Positions 8,774 to 19,005 of a stretch of DNA of 64,000 nucleotides are shown one piece after another (the first letter of the stretch is position 1; every line of letters begins with the position of its first letter). A model generated the notes under the pieces. That model had not been told where the DNA came from and searched no databases. It was given only the letters and a program-made list of their open reading frames with translations. The DNA is from Verrucomicrobiia bacterium (GTDB lineage Bacteria > Verrucomicrobiota > Verrucomicrobiia > Limisphaerales > UBA1319), in the NCBI GenBank assembly GCA_963664225.1, contig OY760937.1, forward strand, positions 512,001 through 576,000, written 5' to 3'. The translations under genes and the position numbers were made by a program.

Positions 8774-9517
8774 ATGTTACCGACCGAAACGATGAATACC
8801 CGTTTAGCTGGGCACTCCAAATTGGGTGTTGTGGTGCCTCTGGCCAACGAGGAAAAGACCATCGAAGAATTCCTGAACCGGGTATTGGTTCACTTGTCGG
8901 AGTCAGATCGTGTTTATTGTGTTCTGGATAACATGTCCAGGGACCGGACCCGCAGCCTGATTGGCGAATATGCCGCGCGTGACCCTCGGGTGGTGCTGGT
9001 TTGGGCGCCGCAAAATCGCTGTGTGGTGGACGCCTACTTTGCCGGCTATCGGGCCGCCTTTGGCGAGGGCTGCGAGTGGATTTTGGAAATGGACGGCGGG
9101 TTCAGCCATCTCCCCGAGGAGATTCCGCTCTTTCTCGCAGGCATGGCGCAAGGTTGCGACTACGTGGGCGGCAGCCGATACATGACGGGCGGCTCCCACA
9201 AAAGCCCATGGACACGTGTCTTCATCAGCAAGGGAGGCACGATTCTTACCAACTTGTTGCTTGGAACCCGGATGATCGACATGACCAGCGGCTTCGAATG
9301 TTTCAGTCGAAAGGCGATGGCTCATGTTCTGGATCATGGGGTTACGAGCAAAGCGAATTTTTTTCAAACTGAGATTCGTTACATGATGCACCAGTTCAAA
9401 TGGATGGAAGTGCCCATCACCTATCGTAACGATAATTATCAAGTTGGACGGAGCAGCCTGAGGGAAGCTTTTCGGATTTTGTGGTCGTTGCATCGCGCTC
9501 GAGAGAAACAAAAATGA
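8774..9517 (+). CDS. GT2 polyprenol-phosphate glycosyltransferase (DPM1/Ppm1-like)
   Basis: VVVPLANEE, LEMDGGFSHLPEEIP, VGGSRY, DMTSGFECF, EVPITY. Start may be 8792. Confidence 0.85.
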   Translation: MLPTETMNTRLAGHSKLGVVVPLANEEKTIEEFLNRVLVHLSESDRVYCVLDNMSRDRTRSLIGEYAARDPRVVLVWAPQNRCVVDAYFAGYRAAFGEGCEWILEMDGGFSHLPEEIPLFLAGMAQGCDYVGGSRYMTGGSHKSPWTRVFISKGGTILTNLLLGTRMIDMTSGFECFSRKAMAHVLDHGVTSKANFFQTEIRYMMHQFKWMEVPITYRNDNYQVGRSSLREAFRILWSLHRAREKQK

Positions 9518-10545
9518 TGAATTCTCCAAAACTTTTTTCGGTTGTAACGACCATCCAGCCGCCAACGCCCTCCATGCGCAGTTTGGGCCGGACTTTGAGC
9601 CGGGTATCCGGCCAATTGCTGGTGGTGGGGGATCGAAAAGGGCCTCAGGAGTATCCACTTAAAGACGTTGAACTGTTTGCCCTCGACCGCCAGTTGGGCT
9701 TGCCGCTACGGCTGCCCCAATTGCTTCCGGTCAACCATTATACCCGCAAAAATATTGGCTATCTGGTGGCGTTCAGCCGGGGAGCGGAGTGCATTTATGA
9801 GACCGACGATGATAATTGTCCCTCGGTCGGCTGGAAACTCCGCACACGCACAGTCCAAGCCCGGACGGTCAAGCGTCCCCGCTGGTGTAATGTGTATCGC
9901 TACTTCAGCGACGAAATGATCTGGCCTCGCGGACTGCCCTTGGACCAAATCACTGCCGTCGCCGGAAAAAAGGTGACGAATAGCGGGCGTTTGAGTTCGG
10001 TGAACAGCCCGATTCAGCAGGGTTTGGCGGATGGCAGCCCGGATGTCGATGCCATCTGGAGGTTGGTGTTGGACAAGCCTTTCCGATTCAATACCGGGTC
10101 CAGTGTTGCGCTAATAAGCGGTGTATGGTGTCCGTTCAACAGTCAGAGCACTTGGTGGTGGCCGGAGGTTTTTCCACTGATGTATCTGCCCAGTTATTGC
10201 ACGTTTCGCATGACCGATATCTGGCGCAGTTTTGTGGCGCAACGGTGTTTATGGGCTTTGGGTGGAGTGGTGACCTTCCACGCTGCGGAGGCAACGCAGA
10301 AACGTAACGCACACAATCTGATGAAGGATTTTCAGGATGAGGTTCCCGGATACCTGGCCAATGATCGGATGGCTCGTTTGCTGGAGGAACAGACCTTGGA
10401 ATCGGGACCGGAGGCCGTAGGATCGAATCTGCTGCGGTGCTATGAAACGCTCGTTAAAAACGACGTCATGCCCCGCAAGGAATTGCCCCTGGTCAAGGCG
10501 TGGCTCGGCGATTTGGAGAAGATTGGGCGAGGGTTGACGCTATGA
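9514..10545 (+). CDS. STELLO/DUF288-family protein (GT75/RGP-related fold)
   Basis: VVTTIQPPT, VVGDRKGP, NHYTRKNIGYL, IYETDDDN, IQQGLADGSPDVDAI, PFNSQST, FRMTDIWRS. ATGA-coupled to the GT2 gene. Confidence 0.82.
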   Translation: MMNSPKLFSVVTTIQPPTPSMRSLGRTLSRVSGQLLVVGDRKGPQEYPLKDVELFALDRQLGLPLRLPQLLPVNHYTRKNIGYLVAFSRGAECIYETDDDNCPSVGWKLRTRTVQARTVKRPRWCNVYRYFSDEMIWPRGLPLDQITAVAGKKVTNSGRLSSVNSPIQQGLADGSPDVDAIWRLVLDKPFRFNTGSSVALISGVWCPFNSQSTWWWPEVFPLMYLPSYCTFRMTDIWRSFVAQRCLWALGGVVTFHAAEATQKRNAHNLMKDFQDEVPGYLANDRMARLLEEQTLESGPEAVGSNLLRCYETLVKNDVMPRKELPLVKAWLGDLEKIGRGLTL

Positions 10546-11192
10546 GCCGACCTGAAGGCGCAACATGGCGGATGGCCTGTCTGGTCGGACTGGTGGTCGT
10601 GGCAGTCATATTCCTGACGGTGGGTCGGGAGCCGTTGAATCATTTTCTGAACCAGCTCCGGCAATGGGGGGCGGTGCCTTTCTATGTCGTCTTTGCGTTG
10701 AGCATTTCGTTTGGAGTGCCGCCCACTCCGTTTCTTCTGGCAGCGGGAGGGGCTTTCGATTTCACCACCAATCTGATTGGCATTCCGATCTCTTATGCCT
10801 GCAGCCTGACCATTGCCTACGTCTATGCCCAACGCCTGTTCAAGAGGCAGTTGGAGCAATTTATAACCACGAAAGCACCGCATCTGGCTGGGTTGTTGCG
10901 GGAAAATCCCGTGGTAACCACGTTCCTGGTGCGGCTGACACCTGGTTTTCCCTATGTTTTGCAGAACTGCCTGCTGGTGACGACTTGCCGCTCCTTTTTG
11001 GTTTTCTTACTGCCGTCCCTGCCTCCATTGGTCTTTCTGGCGATGCTGTATGCTTCATTGAGCAAGAGTATGATGGCCGGAAAATATGGTCTGCTTGTGC
11101 TGCTGGTATGCGTTCTGGGCGCCGTAATATTGGCGTTCCGTCATTTCACGCGCCAACGAGCTTCAAGCGCAGCATTAGTTCCGCATCCGTAA
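10542..11192 (+). CDS. TVP38/TMEM64 (VTT/DedA, SNARE-associated) membrane protein
   Basis: Multi-TM; PPTPFLLAAGGAF and LVRLTPGFPYVLQN motifs. ATGA-coupled to the previous gene. Confidence 0.82.
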   Translation: MSRPEGATWRMACLVGLVVVAVIFLTVGREPLNHFLNQLRQWGAVPFYVVFALSISFGVPPTPFLLAAGGAFDFTTNLIGIPISYACSLTIAYVYAQRLFKRQLEQFITTKAPHLAGLLRENPVVTTFLVRLTPGFPYVLQNCLLVTTCRSFLVFLLPSLPPLVFLAMLYASLSKSMMAGKYGLLVLLVCVLGAVILAFRHFTRQRASSAALVPHP

Positions 11193-11260
11193 TGTGAGTT
11201 CACTTGCTCTTTGTCCCCGATTGATGGTTGACGCTTGGCAAGGCCGCGCCTGGCTATTCG

Positions 11261-12439
11261 CTATTTCTTAAGCAGGCTAACAGGCAGAAGGCGGGAAAGT
11301 ATTCCCAAAGGGATATGATCTGTCAGGTAAAATGGCCGACGTTCAAGTGTCCGTCGCGAAATACGCGGTAACGCCTCGATTTTTTCGATAAAGGAGCGGT
11401 ATGCGTTTTGATAAGAATCGGGAGTGTGCGTTGTGACGGCTTCGCGGCATCTCGTGCGCCATGAATCCAATTGCGCTGCAGGCATTTGAGTAATATTTAT
11501 GATGGTCTGCGCGGCGGCTGCCAGATCGGCTGGACTGTAAACCAAGCTCGGATCCACACGCCTGGTATAAGACACGCCATCGCTATTGATTCCAGGAAAC
11601 AGGGGTATGACACCACAACTCAAGCCTTCCAGCAGGCTGATTGATATCGCTTCCGAATCGCTGGTGTTGATCTGAACATCCCATTTACCAAGGATTTGCC
11701 AATAAGCGTCCCCACTCCTGGCTCCATGAAAAATCACTCTATTATCGTTGCGAAATTGATTTTTTAGCCAGGGGCCATCGTGCCCGTCTCCCAAAAGCTC
11801 CAGCCGGAATTCGGCGCCTGATTCGGTCAGGCATTGGACCAATTCTGGCAAACGATCGATGCGTTTGATGTCTTTGACGAGCCGACCACTGTAACCAATG
11901 ATTATTGGGCGATTCTTCAGTGGACTATGTGAAAAATCCATGATCGGCGGGTTGATCGGCAGGGGCACGATGCAAATGCGTTCGGATGCGAGTTCCGGCA
12001 GGCACTTGGCGGCCAGATCGGCCAGGGGTTGGCTGTTTGCGATAATGCCATCCAGTAACCCAATCTGCGCCTTAAGTGTGGCTTCCATGTCCGGCGGAAT
12101 GCCATGCAGATAACCCAGACGCCGGTGTGAGCCGTCCAGGTTCTCAAACAAAGGCAGCCCCCAGCAATTATGGTAAATCGCGATTCCACTGGGGCCGCGC
12201 CGAAATACCTTGCCGACAGCCTGGCGCATTTGTCTGATGGTCGTCCACTTGCTCCATCCCATCGCATCGACACAGCCGGGAGCGGGGTCGTGGTCCTCAA
12301 AAAAACTGATATAACGGTCCTCTAATTCAGAATCCCCATCATGGGTCAGATGGTGCTTTAACACCGATTGCATTCCCCCCAGACTGCGAAGATAGGTCGT
12401 TAAATGGGTAACCCGGAGTTTGGAACTGGAGGGAAACAT
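11261..12439 (-). CDS. GT4 family glycosyltransferase
   Basis: LGGMQSV, GYSGRLVKDIKRID, SDSEAISISLLEGLSCGVIP (EX7E-type motif). Confidence 0.88.
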   Translation of the reverse strand: MFPSSSKLRVTHLTTYLRSLGGMQSVLKHHLTHDGDSELEDRYISFFEDHDPAPGCVDAMGWSKWTTIRQMRQAVGKVFRRGPSGIAIYHNCWGLPLFENLDGSHRRLGYLHGIPPDMEATLKAQIGLLDGIIANSQPLADLAAKCLPELASERICIVPLPINPPIMDFSHSPLKNRPIIIGYSGRLVKDIKRIDRLPELVQCLTESGAEFRLELLGDGHDGPWLKNQFRNDNRVIFHGARSGDAYWQILGKWDVQINTSDSEAISISLLEGLSCGVIPLFPGINSDGVSYTRRVDPSLVYSPADLAAAAQTIINITQMPAAQLDSWRTRCREAVTTHTPDSYQNAYRSFIEKIEALPRISRRTLERRPFYLTDHIPLGILSRLLPVSLLKK

Positions 12440-12530
12440 GAAGAGATTAATGATTTTCCATGTCGATCATGACAAAAATTCCAAGTTCTAAAGCCCAATG
12501 TGGTTTTTTCGGTGAGATTAGAGGTGCCTT

Positions 12531-13289
12531 TCAATTCACACGCTGGTAAACAATTGTTAACTCTTTTCGAAGGCTCCCGGGAAGAAGAGGTGTGATTGCA
12601 TGGAGAAAACGGCTTGAAAGCGATTGGGAAGAGCAATAATGGCCAGAAATGATTTGCACGGCTTGTAGCCCGGCATTTTCGCCGGCTTTGACTAACTCAG
12701 GGGCTGTATATTCCCGGAAGTGGCCTGGATTAGACCGGGTCTCCCTGATCATTTCGAAGGGATTTCGTCCGAGAAGCAACCGCAACCGTTGCTGAAGAGC
12801 CACAGCGTTCGGTGTGGTGACAATTAAAAATCCATTTGGAGCAAGCAATGAGCGAAGACAACGAAGAACCTGAACGGGCGCGGTATAAAGATGTTCGATC
12901 ACTTCGGCCATGACGATAACATTATAGCCCTGAGCGACTTTGGGCCATTTTTCAGGGTAATAGGAATCGTTGAGTTCAAACTCAATATGTTTTCGATTAT
13001 TCCCCAAAGAAAAACGTTCATCCTGCCAACCCAGGGTGTTGACCTCGTATTCAGGCCAAAGACGGTCGAAGAGGAGGGTTTGAAAAGAAAGACCGATATC
13101 GAGAAGGCGCAACGGGTCTTTTGTTTGCGCCAAACCGCAAAACTTTTCCACAACGGCAGTCAGCTTTTCATAGCGTGTTCGGTGGTAATTGAAATAGGTT
13201 AGCATCTCCGGTCCAAGCCGGGTTGAATACTTTTCCAAATCCAACCACACATCATTCGATTTTTTCGGATCAATGAAATTCGCATTCAT
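12531..13289 (-). CDS. Class I SAM-dependent methyltransferase
   Basis: LLDIG, VIVMAEVIEHL, LAPNGFLIVTTPN, GHFREYT. Confidence 0.85.
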   Translation of the reverse strand: MNANFIDPKKSNDVWLDLEKYSTRLGPEMLTYFNYHRTRYEKLTAVVEKFCGLAQTKDPLRLLDIGLSFQTLLFDRLWPEYEVNTLGWQDERFSLGNNRKHIEFELNDSYYPEKWPKVAQGYNVIVMAEVIEHLYTAPVQVLRCLRSLLAPNGFLIVTTPNAVALQQRLRLLLGRNPFEMIRETRSNPGHFREYTAPELVKAGENAGLQAVQIISGHYCSSQSLSSRFLHAITPLLPGSLRKELTIVYQRVN

Positions 13290-13546
13290 ATAAATAAGTC
13301 AACGTGGCCTTTTGACTGTCTAACAAACCAACAACAAGATGTATCGTAATGTCCAAAGCTTTGGTGTCAAACGATTCCCAAAATCTGGAGGTTGGAGCGA
13401 GAGGACTAGAATCATTTGAAAAGGAGATTGCCGTTCCTTTTCGGGTTCGTTAGTTTCCTTCACGGTTGCGGCCTAACCCGCCGTTGGAATCAGGAGGATT
13501 GAATCCATCCTGAATTGATGTTTGGAGTGGTTCGCAATCAAAGAAA

Positions 13547-15043
13547 ATGACATCTGATGCCGCAAAATTAACCCAATTGATTTGGCTGGGAGCCGCGTTT
13601 ATCGCCGTTGGCCTGCTGGGCTTCTTCCTGGCCACGGATGCCTATTTCGCGTTTTTCGTCACATTGGCGCTATTGTTGTTAGGCTCTTTGCCCTATCACT
13701 CGACACTGGCCGTCTATTTGTCCGTGGCCACCTTCAGTTCGGCCATCATCATTCCATTCGCGCCCGGCCGACCTTTTTTGTGGGAATTTGCCGCGTTGCT
13801 CGGATGGTCCGGTCTGTTGGTGACCGTGGCCATGCGCCGTTACCAGAAGGATTTCGGCAACTCCATTCGAGAGAATAGGTGGCTCTTCATCGGGATGTTG
13901 GGCTATATAGCTGTGCTTATATTCACCATGCAAATGAAAGGCTTTGGTCTCCGTATTTTTGGAGGGGGCCAAATGGGCGGACGCGTTTATTTTCAACAAT
14001 TCATTTGCGCCATTTTTCCGATAATATTTGCGATGATCCGGCCGGGTGAGAAAGCGATGGTTCGACTCGTCGTGCTGCAATATATCCTGTCCTTTACTTA
14101 TTTGTTGGCTGAATTTGCATATATGTATTCGCCTCGTGAACTCCAATTCATCTTTCAGTTTTTGGATGTTACCGGAGATTCGATATTCTTTGAAAGACAG
14201 GTAGCCGGCTTTGGTTTTCAGCGCATGGCCTCCATGTTGTATGTCGGCTATGGTATGACACTGCTTTTGATGGTCTATAACAAGCTAGACGACTTTTTGA
14301 CCATTCGTGGAATTTACCTGATTCCTTTGGCCGTCGGGCTCATGGCTGCTGGCATGTTTGGAGGTCATCGCATTCTGCCGATTCTTGTTGTTATGGTTGT
14401 TGTTGTTACCGGCTATGCTCAGCGCTTTTTCACATCTCGAAATCTGCTGGTCACCGGTTTGGCGTTTTTCATGGGATTGGTTTTTGTTTATCTTTTTATC
14501 GATCAAATGCCGCTAGCCATGCAGCGCGCTGTGTCCATCCTGCCTGGCATCGACGTCCAGCAGGCTGCCTATGACGACGCTTCCGGAACCATGACCACCC
14601 GAATCATTTTGCGTAAGATCGGTTGGGAAATGATCCCGGAATATTTCTGGATCGGGCGTGGTTTCTCGTTTTCCTCAGCCGATAATCTGATCATGCTTTC
14701 CGATCCAACCGGGATCGAAATGCATTTGGCTCAAGGGCGCTTTTATAACGGCTTTATCGGGTTGATGGTGAATACCGGTGTTTTCGGAACACTTTTCATG
14801 CTGATTTTGATGACGGGCGGCACGATACTGGCATGGCGCATCATTAAACGCATTCGGATTCTGGGTAATGAAGATATTTTCCTGCGTCTCAGCGGTGTGC
14901 TAGCCGCTGTGTGGATGGCCAACATGGTCACCTTTTTTTTAATTCATGGTGATAGCGAATTCGCCATGAAATCCTTTTGCTTCCAGAGCGGTATGCTGAT
15001 CGTGTGCGATTACCATTTAAAAATGCGGATGCTCAAGGCGTAG
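13547..15043 (+). CDS. O-antigen ligase / Wzy polymerase-like multi-pass membrane protein
   Basis: Many TM segments, GGHR motif, periplasmic loop with R..I...WIGRGF and FYNGFIGLMVNTGVFG (Wzy_C-like); lies within a glycan locus. Confidence 0.75.
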   Translation: MTSDAAKLTQLIWLGAAFIAVGLLGFFLATDAYFAFFVTLALLLLGSLPYHSTLAVYLSVATFSSAIIIPFAPGRPFLWEFAALLGWSGLLVTVAMRRYQKDFGNSIRENRWLFIGMLGYIAVLIFTMQMKGFGLRIFGGGQMGGRVYFQQFICAIFPIIFAMIRPGEKAMVRLVVLQYILSFTYLLAEFAYMYSPRELQFIFQFLDVTGDSIFFERQVAGFGFQRMASMLYVGYGMTLLLMVYNKLDDFLTIRGIYLIPLAVGLMAAGMFGGHRILPILVVMVVVVTGYAQRFFTSRNLLVTGLAFFMGLVFVYLFIDQMPLAMQRAVSILPGIDVQQAAYDDASGTMTTRIILRKIGWEMIPEYFWIGRGFSFSSADNLIMLSDPTGIEMHLAQGRFYNGFIGLMVNTGVFGTLFMLILMTGGTILAWRIIKRIRILGNEDIFLRLSGVLAAVWMANMVTFFLIHGDSEFAMKSFCFQSGMLIVCDYHLKMRMLKA

Positions 15044-15049
15044 CGGCGC

Positions 15050-16198
15050 ATGAAGATTCTGCACCTGACGGGCGAGGTCGAGGATACGGGTGGGGTTTTA
15101 ACCATAATTCGCAACATCCAGCAGGCCAGTCAAAGTTGGGATTGGCAGCACACTCTGTGGGTTTGTAGAAAATTTCATCAGCTTCGTAAGCCCTTTTTGG
15201 AATTGCGTCAAAGCCGGTTTGCCAGGGCGGATTCTCCCAACCATCTAAAGTTGCTGGCTAATGCCATTCCCGCAGTGTTTGAACTCAACGCGTTGTTGCG
15301 CCGGGAGTCTTTCGACATCCTCCATGCTCATACCCGTGGCGCCTTATTGGCTGGCCTTGCACTGGCTGCGATCTGGAAAAAGCAGGTCGTATTCACAAAT
15401 CACAATTACCCTCGCCGCCTTGGGCTTTATCAATGGGCCGCCGCGCATCGGAACTTCCACACCACTTTTCTGACCCGCCATTTGGCCGATACCATGGGGA
15501 TAGGTCTTTGCCCCCCAAAGACCTCTGTCGTGCATTCCTGCTGCGCCGACACCGTGTTTGAAGAACCTCTTGCAAGGTTTTCGCCCTCGAATGGCATTGG
15601 AACACTACGCCTGACCGGACTTGGTTCTCTTGTTCGCTGGAAAGGCTGGCACCTGGTCGTTCAAGCCATGGCCTTGCTGCCCAGTGATGACCGTTCCCGG
15701 ATTCGTTTCAGTCTGTATGGGCCGACTTTTGACACTGCGGAATCCAAGGCTTATGAGGCTGAGTTGAAAAGCATGGTGCGGGACGCCGGGCTGGATGCGC
15801 AGTTTGTTTTTTGCGGGCCGACATTGGATGTTTCACAAGTGCTGCGTGAAACCGATTTTCTGCTTCATCCAACCCCAAAAGAGCCATTTGGCGTCGTTCT
15901 TGTCGAAGCAATGGCCTTGGGAATTCCGGTTCTCGCTTCAAACGAAGGTGGTCCTGCCGAGATCGTCCAGCACGGTGAAAACGGACTATTGTTCAAATCG
16001 GGAGATGTTTTGGGAATCGCGGAAATACTTTCCCAAGTCCTGCACGGTCGATTTAGCCTACGCCCCCCGGAATGGATTCGCGATTCGGTTCGTCGTTTTT
16101 CCGCCACCGAGGTTGCTCGCGCATACGGCTTGGTTTACGAGGACGTTTTAAAAGGCCGCGTAAACGCCCTGCCGCGGATGCCGTCCCAGAGCAGGTAG
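15050..16198 (+). CDS. GT4 family glycosyltransferase
   Basis: DTGGV, DILHAH, GSLVRWKG, EPFGVVLVEAMALGIPV. Confidence 0.92.
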   Translation: MKILHLTGEVEDTGGVLTIIRNIQQASQSWDWQHTLWVCRKFHQLRKPFLELRQSRFARADSPNHLKLLANAIPAVFELNALLRRESFDILHAHTRGALLAGLALAAIWKKQVVFTNHNYPRRLGLYQWAAAHRNFHTTFLTRHLADTMGIGLCPPKTSVVHSCCADTVFEEPLARFSPSNGIGTLRLTGLGSLVRWKGWHLVVQAMALLPSDDRSRIRFSLYGPTFDTAESKAYEAELKSMVRDAGLDAQFVFCGPTLDVSQVLRETDFLLHPTPKEPFGVVLVEAMALGIPVLASNEGGPAEIVQHGENGLLFKSGDVLGIAEILSQVLHGRFSLRPPEWIRDSVRRFSATEVARAYGLVYEDVLKGRVNALPRMPSQSR

Positions 16199-16944
16199 AA
16201 CAGGTAGAGCGAATTGAATTTGATGTAGCGTTGCGCCAGACGCCGGGGTTCGGAGCATAACCTGTAAATCCAGGTCAGCCCCTTTTTTTGCATCCAGTCC
16301 GGCGCGTCTTTTTTCGTTCCCGCGTTCACATCGAGAGCAAACCCCACGGAAAGAATCACACCCCGGCGGATTCGCCTGGCGTAATGGTGGAGCCATAATT
16401 CCTGTTTGGGCGCGCCGAAGCACGACCAGATGATGTCTGGCGCCAGGCGGTTTATTTCCTCCAGAAAACGTCCCTCCTCGTCAGGGGGTAACTGACCGTC
16501 CGCCTGGCAGCGGCCATGAAACGAACCCACAACTCTTTGTGTGGGATTCCATGAGTGAATGACTTCACGCAGTTTTGTCCCGCTTTCCGATGTGCCGCCT
16601 GCCAGGTAATGGGTGAACGGTTCCGGGGCGTTCTGGATGAAATAGCGCATGAAAGTCGGGCCATAAACCCGATCACGCATTCCCGCACCTTGGAAATTAA
16701 GCATCCAGATCAATGGCATTCCATCTGGAATAAAATAACTGAAATCGTCGGTCATTCTGCGAAATTCGGGATCATGGCGGCGCAGGGCGACGATGTGAGT
16801 ATTCGCAAATTCCACCGATGTGGACCGCGGCTCATGGGTCATCGCGGCGCAGCGGTTTGTCCAATCGGCATAAGTCGTGATCTGCAATGGAGTGCCCAGA
16901 AGATACCGGTCGGAGGCGCGGGGCTGAGTGGCGGCTGCATTCAT
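16135..16944 (-). CDS. WecB/TagA/CpsF (GT26) glycosyltransferase
   Basis: FIPDGMPL, RVYGPTFM, FGAPKQELW, APDWMQKKGLTWIYRLCSEPRRLAQRY. Confidence 0.92.
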   Translation of the reverse strand: MNAAATQPRASDRYLLGTPLQITTYADWTNRCAAMTHEPRSTSVEFANTHIVALRRHDPEFRRMTDDFSYFIPDGMPLIWMLNFQGAGMRDRVYGPTFMRYFIQNAPEPFTHYLAGGTSESGTKLREVIHSWNPTQRVVGSFHGRCQADGQLPPDEEGRFLEEINRLAPDIIWSCFGAPKQELWLHHYARRIRRGVILSVGFALDVNAGTKKDAPDWMQKKGLTWIYRLCSEPRRLAQRYIKFNSLYLFYLLWDGIRGRAFTRPFKTSS

Positions 16945-17056
16945 TCAGATTTGCTCTCAAAAGTATTTTCCGGGAAAATCGATCGGGTTTTATTTCGGCG
17001 ATCTCGAATCACAGACAGAAATCATGGTTTTTCTGGTGGGGGATGATCAAGAACGA

Positions 17057-18160
17057 TTATTTGAGTACCGGTTTTGAAGCGTCGAGCAGCGCTTGAACCA
17101 CCCGATTTCCAACCTTTTCCCATTGGTGGGTCTGGCTCAAGGTTTGGGCCATTGTGTCAAGACGATCACCTGAGAACTCCAGCGCCAGGCTCATCGCCCG
17201 TGTGAAAGATTCAAAGTCGCTGTTGGAAAATGGGGATCCCATGCCCAGCATCGCTTCCCGTGTGGCCGGTATGTCAGAGTAAACAGGACAGGTGCCATTC
17301 AAGGCGGCTTCGACCGGGGGCATTCCAAAACCTTCATACTCAGTATAATAAACAAGCACCCGGGCCTCAGCGACCAATTGGCGAAACTGTTCCTCGGGCA
17401 GTCGGGGATGATGATGCCAGTCTGCGCGTTGATCGAGGCAAACACCTTCGGGCAGGCTACCAATCCAGTCAATCTCACCTTGATAACCCGTCACTTCGGA
17501 CCAGCGGCGGATAAAATCGATCACCGCAGCGGAGTTTTTATGCGGCCAGCGTGAAATAAGAACGACCATCCGCTCGCGCTTTTGTGCGGCGTCGCCATCG
17601 GCCTGGTTGAATCCAATGCCCACGGCACGGACATTGGGTTGAGGCAGATTCAATTCCCTGGCCTTTCGCAGCACTTCCTTGCGCGTGAATTCGCTGTTGG
17701 TGACAATCAAACTTGCCTTACGAAGAACGGCACGAAAGGATCGCTCGAAGTATTGGGACTCGAGATGGGAAGCCATCTTCCACCCGCGTTGCCGGTAATA
17801 GTCGAAGATTGTATCATGGACATAGACAGCCAATTGGCAGGGCGGGGGAGAGAGAAACGATGCAAAGCCTTTTGGCAAAAAAAGCCAATCTGCGTTGGAC
17901 GCTTTTGCGGCACGATAGACACCGATTTGATCCCATAGGAGGCGTTGAAACTTGCCGCGATTGGCCTTGTTATGGAGAGAGATGCGGGCTTTTCCCAAAG
18001 GGACGGGCAGCTCGGCATTGGACAAAAGCGTTACAGGGCTGATGTCTTGGGACTGGGCCAGGTGCTGGGCCAGGTGGAGGGAAACGTTTAAAATGCCCAG
18101 CGACTTTGTTTTTGCAAAGCTTTGGTCTGCAATAGAATAAACAAGTGAAAGTGGTGGCAT
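17057..18160 (-). CDS. GT4 family glycosyltransferase
   Basis: YVHDT, TNSEFT, PHKN, YEGFGMPPVEA, SDIPATRE. Start set at ATG 18160. Confidence 0.88.
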   Translation of the reverse strand: MPPLSLVYSIADQSFAKTKSLGILNVSLHLAQHLAQSQDISPVTLLSNAELPVPLGKARISLHNKANRGKFQRLLWDQIGVYRAAKASNADWLFLPKGFASFLSPPPCQLAVYVHDTIFDYYRQRGWKMASHLESQYFERSFRAVLRKASLIVTNSEFTRKEVLRKARELNLPQPNVRAVGIGFNQADGDAAQKRERMVVLISRWPHKNSAAVIDFIRRWSEVTGYQGEIDWIGSLPEGVCLDQRADWHHHPRLPEEQFRQLVAEARVLVYYTEYEGFGMPPVEAALNGTCPVYSDIPATREAMLGMGSPFSNSDFESFTRAMSLALEFSGDRLDTMAQTLSQTHQWEKVGNRVVQALLDASKPVLK

Positions 18161-18304
18161 TATGGCGCGAGTACCGGTCTTTCGCGATGAACGTGCCGCG
18201 CGCCAGACATTGTCGAAATGAGTTGGCAGGGAGGTTTCATTTGTGGCGCGATGGTGCCTGTCAGACAAAAAATGGGCAATATGGAAAAAAGCGAAAAAGG
18301 AGGC

Positions 18305-18333
18305 TTGCCAATGGAAGGGGCAAACCCTAATCT
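18305..18333 (+). promoter_or_regulatory. Putative sigma70 promoter of the rpsP operon
   Basis: TTGCCA-N17-TAATCT. Confidence 0.5.
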
Positions 18334-18413
18334 AGCCAGCCTTTTGAAACCGGTTTTACAATGCGGTGGACTTCGAAATAACTTCGGAGCACCGCGCTTG
18401 AGATAAAGAAAAT

Positions 18414-18662
18414 ATGGTAAGAATTCGCTTGAAGCGGATCGGGACGACAAATCAGCCCGCATTCCGAGTGGTGGTGGCCGACAACCGCAGTCCGCGGGAT
18501 GGCAAGTTTATTGAGGAAATTGGCACCTATCTGCCCCTCAAGAAGGGTGATAATGTCACCTTGAAGATGGAGCGCGTGGATTATTGGCTCAAGAATGGAG
18601 CCCAGGCCAGCGATACCGTCGCCAGCTTCATTAACAATGCCAAGCGTGCGGTAAAGGCCTGA
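18414..18662 (+). CDS. rpsP: 30S ribosomal protein S16
   Basis: MVRIRLKRIG...FRVVVADNRSPRDGKFIEEIGTY...GAQASDTV. Confidence 0.97.
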   Translation: MVRIRLKRIGTTNQPAFRVVVADNRSPRDGKFIEEIGTYLPLKKGDNVTLKMERVDYWLKNGAQASDTVASFINNAKRAVKA

Positions 18663-18678
18663 TTAACTTTCGGGGCCT

Positions 18679-18930
18679 ATGGAAGAATTTCTGGAGTACG
18701 TGGTCAAAGGCCTGGTTGAAAGACCGGAGGCGGTGACCGTGACCCCGGTGGATCGCAATGGTTTGACTGTGTATCAGTTGCGTGTTGATGCGCAAGATGT
18801 GGCCCGGGTGATAGGACGGCAGGGCACGACGATCAACGCGATTCGTTCCCTGTTATTGGTTGGGAGCGCCAGGAAGGGTTTGCGATGCGTTGTGGAAATT
18901 GTTGAAGACGACCCGCAACCACGGTTTTGA
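18679..18930 (+). CDS. khpA: KH-domain RNA-binding protein (KhpA/YlqC)
   Basis: DVARVIGRQGTTINAIRSLL (GxxG KH motif); canonical position after rpsP. Confidence 0.88.
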   Translation: MEEFLEYVVKGLVERPEAVTVTPVDRNGLTVYQLRVDAQDVARVIGRQGTTINAIRSLLLVGSARKGLRCVVEIVEDDPQPRF

Positions 18931-19005
18931 TGCAATCATTCGCGCTGTGCCACTGATGAGGATGGCGCTTTTGATGTTTATCTGTTAATGGATGGCGGTA
19001 CGCGG

